Origin: Kofleriaceae bacterium
Lineage (GTDB): Bacteria; Myxococcota_A; Polyangia; Haliangiales; Haliangiaceae
Assembly: GCA_965215005.1 (NCBI GenBank)
Contig: CBDCCZ010000034.1
Location: 1 to 57,170 of the forward strand
Direction: 5' to 3'
DNA length: 57,170 bases
The notes beneath the pieces were generated by a model, which saw nothing but the letters and a program-made list of their open reading frames with translations, ran no database searches and had not been told where the DNA came from. Within the stretch, counting starts at the first letter, position 1, and each line of letters starts with the position of its first letter. This document shows, piece after piece, positions 49,383 to 57,170 of this stretch. Both the position numbers and the translations under genes were made by a program.

Positions 49383-52300
49383 GCCTTTATGCGCCGCTTT
49401 GGTGCAAGAGTAACTTCTCGTTTCTCGAAGGCGCCAGCCACGCCGAGGAGCTGGTGGAAGAAGCGCACGTGCTTGGTCTGCGCGCGCTGGCGCTCACCGA
49501 TCGCGATGGCGTCTATGGGGTGGTTCGGGCGCATGTGAAAGCACGCGAGCTGGGAATCCGGCTCCTCATTGGCGCCGAAGTTTCCATCGACGATGGCAGC
49601 CGGGTCGTCCTGCTGGTGCGCTCGCGCGATGGCTATCGCAACTTGTGCCGGCTGCTCACGCGCGGCCGCCGGCGAATGCCCAAGGGGCAGTCACAGGTTA
49701 CCTGGAGCGAGATTTGCGAGCACGCCGCGGACCTGATTGCGCTGTGGGGCGATTGCAACACGAGCGAAGCAGTCGCCGGGCCGCTTGCCGAAGCCTTTGG
49801 CGATAGGCTCTACATCCTCATCGCGCGTCATCGCGTTGCCGAGGAGGTGCCGCTCGAGGCGCTGCTACGCGAGCGCGCCAAGCGCCACGGCTTGGCCACC
49901 GTGGCAGCAACCGAGATCCTCTATCACACCAAGGCACGGCGACCGTTGCAGGATGTTCTCACCTGCATCCGCCATGGCGTCTCGTTGACCTCGGCGGGGC
50001 GCCTCATCCAGCCAAACGATGAGCACGACCTCAAAGCGCCGTATGCCTTCTCGCTGTTGTTTCGCGATGATCCTGCGTCGGTGGAGCGTACCTTGGCGAT
50101 TGCAGAAGAGTGTCGCTTCTCGCTCGACGAGATTCGCTACCGTTATCCACTCGAGACGCTGCCCGATGGCACCAGCGCTTCTGCGTGGCTTCGGCAGCTA
50201 ACCATGCAAGGTGCGCGCAATCGGTATGGTGAGGAGGTGCCCGCGGCGGTGCGCGAGCAGCTGTCGATCGAGCTAGCGCTCATCGACGAGCTCGACTACG
50301 GCGGTTACTTCCTCACCATGCACGAGATCGTCACGTTCTGTCGCAAGCACGGCATCTTGTGCCAAGGACGCGGCTCAGCCGCCAATTCCGCCGTTTGCTA
50401 CTGTTTAGGCATCACTGCCGTGGATCCGGTGCGCATGGGACTCTTGTTCGAGCGCTTCTTATCGCGTGAGCGTGCCGAGCCGCCCGATATCGATCTCGAT
50501 ATCGAGCACAACCGTCGCGAAGAGGTGATTCAACACGTGTATGACAAATACGGGCGGAGCCACGCCGCCATGGTTTGCAACATCATTCGCTATCGCCCGC
50601 GCTCTGCAGTGCGCGATGTGGGCAAGGCGCTCGGGCTGGCGGAGACGGCGGTCGATCGCGCGGCCAAGCAAATGCATCACTACGGCGGCATCGAGCTCGA
50701 AAGTATCGATGCCGCCGGCCTCGATCGTCACCAGCCGGTTCACGAGCATCTTTATCGGCTGGCCAATGAAATCCTGGATTTTCCGCGCCATCTATCGATT
50801 CACCCGGGCGGATTTCTTCTCGGCCACGAGCCAGTGCACGACCTGGTGCCCATCGAAAACGCGACCATGCCGGGCCGCACCGTTATCCAATGGGACAAAG
50901 ACGACCTCGAAGAGCTGGGCCTCTTCAAGGTGGACTTGCTCGGGCTCGGAGCGCTGCATCAGCTCCATCTGTGTTTCGAGCTGCTCTCGAAGCACGGCGG
51001 CCCTAGCTTGTCGATGGCCACCATTCCGGCCGACGATGTCGCTACCTACGACATGATCTGCCGCGGCGATACGGTAGGAGTGTTTCAAATCGAGAGCCGT
51101 GCGCAGATGGCCATGTTGCCGCGTCTGCGGCCGCGGTATTTTTACGACTTAGTCATCGAGGTGAGTATCGTGCGGCCAGGGCCGATTACCGGCGGCATGG
51201 TGCATCCGTACTTGCGGCGCCGCGCGGGCGAAGAACCCGTGGAGTATCCGCATCCGTCGCTTAAGCCAGTGCTCGAGAAGACGCTCGGGGTCCCGCTGTT
51301 TCAGGAGCAGGTGATGCGCGTGGCGATGATCGCAGCCGATTACAGCCCTGGCGAGGCGGACCAGCTGCGTCGCGACATGGCGGCGTGGCGGCGCGGCGGG
51401 CGCATCGAAAAGCACCGCACCCGATTGATCTCGCGCATGGTCGAAAAAGGCATCGAAAGCGCCTTTGCCGAGCGGGTGTTCGAGCAGATTCGTGGCTTTG
51501 GTGAGTATGGCTTTCCAGAAAGCCATGCTGCCAGCTTCGCACTCATTGCCTACGCCACTTCGTATCTGCGTTGTCACTATCCCGCGGCGTTTGCATGCTC
51601 GCTCCTCAACGCGCAGCCCATGGGATTCTATGCACCAGCCACCATCGTTGGGGACGCCAAGCGCCATGGGGTAACCGTGCTACCCATCGATGTGTGCGTG
51701 AGCGATTGGGACTGCACGCTAGAGCCTACCGAAGCTGGTCACGCGGTGCGGATGGGGCTTCGGTACATCAAAGGCTTGGTAAAGGCGCAGGGGCGAAGTG
51801 CGCTGCAAGCGCGGCATGATGCGGCTTTTTCCTCCATGGCCGATTTGGTGCGCCGCGCCGGTCTCGATGAGGGTAGCTTGACGCGCCTTGCCGAAGCCGG
51901 GGCACTGAGCGCGCTGCAAGGGCAGCGGCGCGATGCGCTTTGGCAGGTGCGGGGGCTAGTGCGTGGGCGCGGTGATGCGCTCACGATGGCAAGTGCGACT
52001 CAGCAGGCTGGGTTTGAGGATCTCAGCGAGCTCGAGCAGGTGATATGGGATCATCAAAGTAGCCTTCATTCGACTCGCGGCCATCCGCTCGAGCCGTTGC
52101 GTGCGGCGCTGCGCGCGCGCGGGTTGCCCACGGCGCAAGAGTTGAGCAAAGGCCGTGATGGGCAGTGGGTGCGCTACGCCGGGCTAGTAATTTGCCGACA
52201 ACGCCCGGGTACCGCAGCGGGCGTCGTGTTCATGACGCTGGAAGACGAGACCGGCTTCGTCAACGCGGTGCTGTGGAAGCAGGTTTTCGAGCAGTTTGGC

Positions 52301-52444
52301 GTGCTTGCCAAGACAACCGCGTTTCTGGGCATTCGCGGTCGCTTGCAGGTGCAGCAGGGAATCGTGCATCTGGTCGCACAGTCACTTTGGACGCCGCGTC
52401 TCGAAGCGCGGCCGGTGGAGCCGCGCAGTCGCGATTTTCATTGA
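49379..52444 (+). CDS. dnaE2: Error-prone DNA polymerase III alpha subunit (DnaE2/ImuC)
   Basis: Motifs [25 protein letters not shown] and YGFPESHA. C-terminal SRDFH signature. Confidence 0.96.
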   Translation: MSLYAPLWCKSNFSFLEGASHAEELVEEAHVLGLRALALTDRDGVYGVVRAHVKARELGIRLLIGAEVSIDDGSRVVLLVRSRDGYRNLCRLLTRGRRRMPKGQSQVTWSEICEHAADLIALWGDCNTSEAVAGPLAEAFGDRLYILIARHRVAEEVPLEALLRERAKRHGLATVAATEILYHTKARRPLQDVLTCIRHGVSLTSAGRLIQPNDEHDLKAPYAFSLLFRDDPASVERTLAIAEECRFSLDEIRYRYPLETLPDGTSASAWLRQLTMQGARNRYGEEVPAAVREQLSIELALIDELDYGGYFLTMHEIVTFCRKHGILCQGRGSAANSAVCYCLGITAVDPVRMGLLFERFLSRERAEPPDIDLDIEHNRREEVIQHVYDKYGRSHAAMVCNIIRYRPRSAVRDVGKALGLAETAVDRAAKQMHHYGGIELESIDAAGLDRHQPVHEHLYRLANEILDFPRHLSIHPGGFLLGHEPVHDLVPIENATMPGRTVIQWDKDDLEELGLFKVDLLGLGALHQLHLCFELLSKHGGPSLSMATIPADDVATYDMICRGDTVGVFQIESRAQMAMLPRLRPRYFYDLVIEVSIVRPGPITGGMVHPYLRRRAGEEPVEYPHPSLKPVLEKTLGVPLFQEQVMRVAMIAADYSPGEADQLRRDMAAWRRGGRIEKHRTRLISRMVEKGIESAFAERVFEQIRGFGEYGFPESHAASFALIAYATSYLRCHYPAAFACSLLNAQPMGFYAPATIVGDAKRHGVTVLPIDVCVSDWDCTLEPTEAGHAVRMGLRYIKGLVKAQGRSALQARHDAAFSSMADLVRRAGLDEGSLTRLAEAGALSALQGQRRDALWQVRGLVRGRGDALTMASATQQAGFEDLSELEQVIWDHQSSLHSTRGHPLEPLRAALRARGLPTAQELSKGRDGQWVRYAGLVICRQRPGTAAGVVFMTLEDETGFVNAVLWKQVFEQFGVLAKTTAFLGIRGRLQVQQGIVHLVAQSLWTPRLEARPVEPRSRDFH

Positions 52445-52477
52445 TGCGACTGATGCGCCGCTGCAGCTGGCCGAGCT

Positions 52478-52906
52478 CTAGGCCTCGGCGGCGCGTTTGA
52501 GCGCGACATTGAGACGCTGATATGCCGGCACCAGCCGCGACTCCGCCGCCGCCCAGCGCCCCGGAATCAGCGCGCCGGCAAACTCTTCACCGTGCTCGAG
52601 GCGGGTGCCGGCTGCGGTTGGCGCGAGATGAAAGTAGTGCGAGCCGGAGATGAATCGGCGAGCCGCGAGCGGCGTTGGGCCCACCCAGCGGAGCCCTTGC
52701 TCGGGCATCAGCTCGATTACCTCCACGCGAACCGGCACCTGCAACCGCCCGAGCGCCAGCCGAAAGCGAAGCCGCGCGCCCACCGATGGGCGACCGACCA
52801 GGCCGAGAATCATCGGGTTCCACTGCGAATAGCCGTCAAAATCGACGAGCAGCTCCCATACCCGCGCGATGGGCGCATCGATATCGATCTGCGTATGTAT
52901 CTTCAT
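52478..52906 (-). CDS. SRPBCC domain protein
   Basis: Motifs IDIDAPIARVWELLVDFDGYSQWNP, LRWVG and HGEEF. Confidence 0.88.
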   Translation of the reverse strand: MKIHTQIDIDAPIARVWELLVDFDGYSQWNPMILGLVGRPSVGARLRFRLALGRLQVPVRVEVIELMPEQGLRWVGPTPLAARRFISGSHYFHLAPTAAGTRLEHGEEFAGALIPGRWAAAESRLVPAYQRLNVALKRAAEA

Positions 52907-53047
52907 GCGGTGCCGTCGCTGGATGTCGACTGCGGTGGCGTGGGCTGTGTGACAGCTCGGTCACATCCGACGCGTCGCTTCTGTAACACCCACTTTACGC
53001 TCCCGAAGCGAATCAGTCACCTCGCCCACGTAGGTTGCGCCTGGACC

Positions 53048-53773
53048 ATGGTGCCGGTGCAAGTGGAATCAGCCAAGGATATCGAGATCTCGCAGGTGAG
53101 CGCGGTCGTCGTCGCCAGCGATGGCGCGCCACCGCTCGATAGCCTCCTCGAGGAGCTGCGACGCGAGGTCTTGGAAGTGTCCGCCGTGTCGATCGACAGG
53201 TTGGAGTTGTCGGATGGTCCTGATGAGCCGGTGGTCCTTTTATGGCTGCCCGCAAACGCTGCCACTGAGCTGTACGAGCGAGCGGTGCAGTGGGCGGGCG
53301 CGCGGCGGCCGCGCGCGGGGCTGTTAGGTTGCGCCGGCGATGGCTCCACGGCGGATGCCGAACGCGCCTTGGCCGCCGGCTTTGATGACTTCGTCGCCGG
53401 GCGGGTGTCCAGCCGTGAGCTGGCGGCGCGCCTCCGAGCGGTTCATCGCCGCGTGCATTGGCCCGGGCTGCGTCGTCCGGGGCGGCTTCGCTATGGCCAA
53501 ATCATGCTCAACACCGATGGCCACGAGCTGTGGATCGAGGGCCGCTCGGTGGTGCTCACAGGAACCGAGCTGAGCGTGTTTCGCGCGCTGATACGAGCGC
53601 GCGGCAAGACGTTGACGCGCACCGAAATCCTCGACAAAGCGTGGGGCGACACCAATCTCGAGATCAGCGAGCGCGCCGTCGACAACGTCGTCTTGCGTTT
53701 GCGCCGCAAGATTGGCCGCTCCGACCTCATTCAGACCGTGCGCGGCGTCGGCTTTCGGCTCGCCACCGACTGA
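53048..53773 (+). CDS. OmpR/PhoB-type winged-helix regulator with atypical receiver domain
   Basis: Motifs AGFDDFV, ELAARLRA, LTGTE, RAVDNVVLRLRRK and IQTVRGVGFRL. Confidence 0.88.
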   Translation: MVPVQVESAKDIEISQVSAVVVASDGAPPLDSLLEELRREVLEVSAVSIDRLELSDGPDEPVVLLWLPANAATELYERAVQWAGARRPRAGLLGCAGDGSTADAERALAAGFDDFVAGRVSSRELAARLRAVHRRVHWPGLRRPGRLRYGQIMLNTDGHELWIEGRSVVLTGTELSVFRALIRARGKTLTRTEILDKAWGDTNLEISERAVDNVVLRLRRKIGRSDLIQTVRGVGFRLATD

Positions 53774-53809
53774 CCTCGTCGACAGCGAGCCAGTACGCTA
53801 CGATGAGCA

Positions 53810-54814
53810 ATGGCGACCCAGAGCTTGTTTCGCGGCGCGCTCGGCCGGCTCGAAGCTCTCATCGACACGATGGTGGCGGCCGCCGGTGGTGTTGCCGCAC
53901 AACTGGGACCGCCGCCGTTGGCGTCGCTGCTCGCGGAGCTCCGGGGTGCCGCGTGCGAAGCAACGTTGACGCGGTATCGACCCGCGACGCGCGAGCTGGC
54001 GCAGCGCTTACACCATGGCGACGCCGACGCACGGCAGCAGTGGATGGCGCTCGCTGACGCCGCCTTGGCCGAGATGCGCGCCGAGGTTGCCGCGCACGGC
54101 GTTTTGGCGGGGGCGTTTGCGGCAGCGGATCGACGGTTTCATGCCGCGACCGCACGCGAGCATCTCGACGACCCCGACCTCGAGCCAGCGCTCCGTCGTC
54201 GGATCATGGCGAACCTCGATGCGTTCAACCGGTGCATCGGCGCCTATGAGAGCTTCCACGCCGCAGCGATGCCGCTGCTCGATGGTGCTGCGCGGGTTCT
54301 CGACCTGGCAGCCGGTCAAGGCGGTTTCATGCTGCACTTGGCGCGCTCCGCCCCCGAGCTCGAGCTGACTGCAAGCGATATCCAGGGCGACTATCTCGCA
54401 CTTGGCGAAGCGGTCGCGATCCGCGAGCAGCTGGCGATCTCCTTCGCGGTGCAAGACGCGCTCGATTTGAGCAACCTCGAAGCGGGCGCCTTCGACGTCA
54501 TCACCTGCACGCAGTCGCTGCACCACTTTACTCCGGGAATGATTTCGCTCATGTTCATGGAGGCGACGCGGGTGGCGGGGCGCGGGGTGGTATTTATCGA
54601 TGGATGCCGCAGCGCGCTCTCAGGAGCGCTGCTCGTCTTGCTCGGAGCCGTGCGCTATCGTGACGGCAAGTTTCTACACGATTCATGGGTTTCGGTGCGC
54701 CGCTTCTTCGTTCCCCAGGAGCTCGAGCTGCTCGCGCGGCTCACTCCTGGCATCGACGGAATCGAGTCGCAGTGGCTCGCGCCCGGCCACTGCCTGATGC
54801 GCTGGCGCCGTTGA
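53810..54814 (+). CDS. Class I SAM-dependent methyltransferase with N-terminal helical extension
   Basis: Motifs EHLDDP, VLDLAAGQG, QDAL and FDVITCTQSLHHF. Confidence 0.85.
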   Translation: MATQSLFRGALGRLEALIDTMVAAAGGVAAQLGPPPLASLLAELRGAACEATLTRYRPATRELAQRLHHGDADARQQWMALADAALAEMRAEVAAHGVLAGAFAAADRRFHAATAREHLDDPDLEPALRRRIMANLDAFNRCIGAYESFHAAAMPLLDGAARVLDLAAGQGGFMLHLARSAPELELTASDIQGDYLALGEAVAIREQLAISFAVQDALDLSNLEAGAFDVITCTQSLHHFTPGMISLMFMEATRVAGRGVVFIDGCRSALSGALLVLLGAVRYRDGKFLHDSWVSVRRFFVPQELELLARLTPGIDGIESQWLAPGHCLMRWRR

Positions 54815-54902
54815 CGCTGGCGCCGTTGCGTTGCGTGGTGTGTGCCTAACCTTGCCGCCGGCGCGGCCACCAAAGGCCCGCCCAACCGTTACACTCACGC
54901 CC

Positions 54903-55253
54903 ATGGCTGGTTCCCGTAGTGCGCTGGGTTGCGTGATGGCGCTGGCGCTCATGAATAGCGGATGCTCGTTCATCTATCAGCGTAATCTTGGCGCCAACAG
55001 CGAACCGGCGCGGATGCCGATCTGCACACCCAACAGCGGCACCATCTACGTCGACGGCGTGGTGGCCGCATGGCTCACGGGCAGCGTAATAGCGACCATT
55101 CGCATCGACGGGGAAGTGGACCCTTTGCTCCTGGTTCCGATCGGATACATCGCCGTCTTCGCAACGTCGGCTATCGTTCATCTCGGCAAAGCCAAGGCAT
55201 GCCGCCGCGCCATCGACGCCCACAATGCCTGGGCGGAAGGAAACGACGCGTGA
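54903..55253 (+). CDS. Small membrane lipoprotein, paralog 1
   Basis: Lipobox SGC, MPICT, two hydrophobic segments and KAKACRRA..H.AW. Confidence 0.65.
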   Translation: MAGSRSALGCVMALALMNSGCSFIYQRNLGANSEPARMPICTPNSGTIYVDGVVAAWLTGSVIATIRIDGEVDPLLLVPIGYIAVFATSAIVHLGKAKACRRAIDAHNAWAEGNDA

Positions 55254-55642
55254 GGTGGCTGCTCATCGTCGCGATGCTGCTGGTAAGCACAAGCTGCGCC
55301 GTGACCTTCATGGAACCAGTCCCCGATCCACCGCGTCCGCAGCAAATGCCAACCTGCACCGCGCACGTAGGTCTGGCGGTCGCCGATGGAATCCTCGCCT
55401 TTCCGCTCCTGTACTCCGCGATAGCGCTCCACGTTGAAAGCGATAACACGCTCGCAATCGCCGCCTTCGACGCCTTGACTGCAGCCGTCATCGCATCGGC
55501 GGTCGTCGGCATCTATCGGGCGAGAAAGTGCAGGGCCGCCCGCTACGAGCACCTTGCATGGCTCAAAGCCGAAATGCTCCGTCGCCAGCAGGCCCCCCCA
55601 GGCCCGCCGGGCAGCGCGCTCAAAGATGCCCGCAGCGACTGA
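55250..55642 (+). CDS. Small membrane lipoprotein, paralog 2
   Basis: GTGA overlap with paralog 1. Lipobox STSC, MPTCT, two hydrophobic segments and RARKCRAA..H.AW. Confidence 0.65.
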   Translation: MRWLLIVAMLLVSTSCAVTFMEPVPDPPRPQQMPTCTAHVGLAVADGILAFPLLYSAIALHVESDNTLAIAAFDALTAAVIASAVVGIYRARKCRAARYEHLAWLKAEMLRRQQAPPGPPGSALKDARSD

Positions 55643-55710
55643 GCCGCGAAAGACCGAATGGCGCATCAATTGTCTCGAGCGCGTCAGTGGTCCCCCGCCG
55701 TCTGGGTAGT

Positions 55711-56928
55711 TCACGGTGGAGTCGTTCTCGAATTGCGAGCGAATTGCCGAATCGTTGCCGACGATGCCGTGAAGTTGGTGGAGGGTGGCAGGCGGTGGCG
55801 GCGCAGCTCGGCGAGGGCGGAGAGGACGGTGTGGCCGAGGCGGCTCAGGGCCCACGCGCCGCTGGTGGTGATGCCGCGGCCGGGCCAGATTTCTGCGACG
55901 TAGGAGGTGTCGTCGGTGCAGCCATCGATTTCGCGCAGGTGGGTGAGCTCGGTTGCCGCGGTCTCGATGTAGGACTGCTCGTGCAAGACGCCGGGGCTGC
56001 AGCGGGCGTGGGCGGGGTTCCAGCCGATCTTAAAGGCGAATCCGGTGGTGCCAGAGACGAAGTTGGAGCTGGCGGCGACGACGTCGGTGCCGGCGGTGAG
56101 CTCGGTGAAGTAGCTCCGCTTGCGGCGCGCGAAGGAGGCGACCATTTCGCGATAGAAGGTTTCATTGGCGGCAAACGAAGCCAGTGCGGAGCCGTTGTCG
56201 TGTTTCCAGCCCATGGCTTCGAGCCGGAGGAAGCGCTCGACGGGGCGTGGGTCGAGGCGCTCGTTCCACACCAGTTGGAAGTCGACGTTGCCGTGGGCGC
56301 TGAGCTGGCGGCGCTTCTGCTGGAGCTTTTTGCGCCGGCTCTTGGACCAATGCTGGTGAAGGGCCGCCGTGGTGGTTTGCGCTGGGACGATGAGAGTGCG
56401 CACGCGGCGGGCGTATTCGTGCCAACGGAGTCGATGCCGGGCGGTCACGGCGTCAAAGAGTGGCTCTGAGCTGCGATCGATGCGGCGATGGAAGAGCTCG
56501 AGGGCGTGCCAGCGGTGTCGCTGTTGGTGGAGATATGCCCAAAGCGCATTCATGGCAGTGGGCGCGCAGTCTTGGTGAATCAACAACCCATTGCAGAGCG
56601 TATGCGGCGTGGCGTAGGCGATTAGATGCGGCAGCGGGATGCGCCGGGTGCTGAGACGCTCTTCGAAGACGCCAACTCCCACTAGCGCGCGGCCCCGAGT
56701 GGCGAGCAGCGCGAAGGGGCGGCGCTTGGGCGTGAGGTGGCGCAGCGCCGGAAGCACGAACGACGGCGATAGGAACATGTTGCCGTCGGCGGCGTGATCC
56801 TCGAGGTGTTCCCAGGCGGCGAGCTGAGCGGCAGATAGGTCCGCCACCGCGACGCGATGAACGGCGACATGCGGCCCAAGACGCCGCTGCACGCGCGGCA
56901 GAGCGGGGGCTCTCGCTGCTACGACCAC
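55711..56928 (-). CDS. GNAT family acetyltransferase (CelD/BcsL-like)
   Basis: Motifs AWEHL...NMFLSP, FLRLEAMGWK and FKIGWNP....SPGVL. GTG56928 is preceded by GGAG; start uncertain. Confidence 0.85.
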   Translation of the reverse strand: MVVAARAPALPRVQRRLGPHVAVHRVAVADLSAAQLAAWEHLEDHAADGNMFLSPSFVLPALRHLTPKRRPFALLATRGRALVGVGVFEERLSTRRIPLPHLIAYATPHTLCNGLLIHQDCAPTAMNALWAYLHQQRHRWHALELFHRRIDRSSEPLFDAVTARHRLRWHEYARRVRTLIVPAQTTTAALHQHWSKSRRKKLQQKRRQLSAHGNVDFQLVWNERLDPRPVERFLRLEAMGWKHDNGSALASFAANETFYREMVASFARRKRSYFTELTAGTDVVAASSNFVSGTTGFAFKIGWNPAHARCSPGVLHEQSYIETAATELTHLREIDGCTDDTSYVAEIWPGRGITTSGAWALSRLGHTVLSALAELRRHRLPPSTNFTASSATIRQFARNSRTTPP

Positions 56929-57170
56929 GTGAGACTCTCCAGCAGGCAGGTGGAACTGAGCATCCGAAACCTGCGAATCGGACGTCGCGCGCAAACCTGT
57001 TGGGGGAGAGTCTTGGTTACATCCGCGAGCCGGTGCGACTGCTATGCGGGCGTCGTCGGCGGGCTGCGCGCCGGTTTCGCGGCGGTCTATTCCTCTTGAG
57101 CAATCGCGCGCACCGCCTCGACGACCTCGGCGACGTGGCCCTTTACGCGCACTTTGGGCCAAACGCGCCG

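Noticed and set aside
47276..52444. imuA-imuB-dnaE2 as a novel system
   Set aside because: This is a well-described SOS mutagenesis cassette with standard order and motifs.
56929..57162. N-terminal extension of the GNAT ORF
   Set aside because: It is a low-complexity Arg-rich translation, and a GTG with a GGAG RBS at 56928 is a better start.

Overview
GC-rich bacterial chromosomal segment, most likely from Myxococcota, based on a MYXO-CTERM-type sorting tail, Cys-rich lipoproteins, Ser/Thr kinases and Myxococcus-type LexA boxes. From left to right it holds: a 5'-truncated SDR gene; a tRNA-Asn gene with its own promoter and terminator but one extra base in both the anticodon loop and the T-loop; a ~10 kb block of mostly secreted or lipoprotein genes (RoxA-like di-heme protein, M4 and M28 peptidases, di-heme peroxidase, hemerythrin, Cys-rich and monoheme lipoproteins); purL with a divergent LysR regulator; an ATP-grasp ligase; catalase; an amidohydrolase pair; kinases and two-component genes; Kef and MscS transporters; GH31; an AlkA-like glycosylase; ttcA; tyrA; OmpA; a QPGG-repeat lipoprotein; the imuA-imuB-dnaE2 SOS mutagenesis cassette; and a CelD/BcsL-type acetyltransferase. 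I found no CRISPR array, integrase or transposase. The strongest leads are an uncharacterised AT-hook protein gene with a near-perfect LexA box, the extended-loop tRNA, the QPGG protein under a perfect 15-bp palindromic operator, a pseudokinase-pseudoreceiver fusion, and a hairpin-rich 550-bp intergenic region before imuA. All calls come from reading motifs by eye; no database searches were run.
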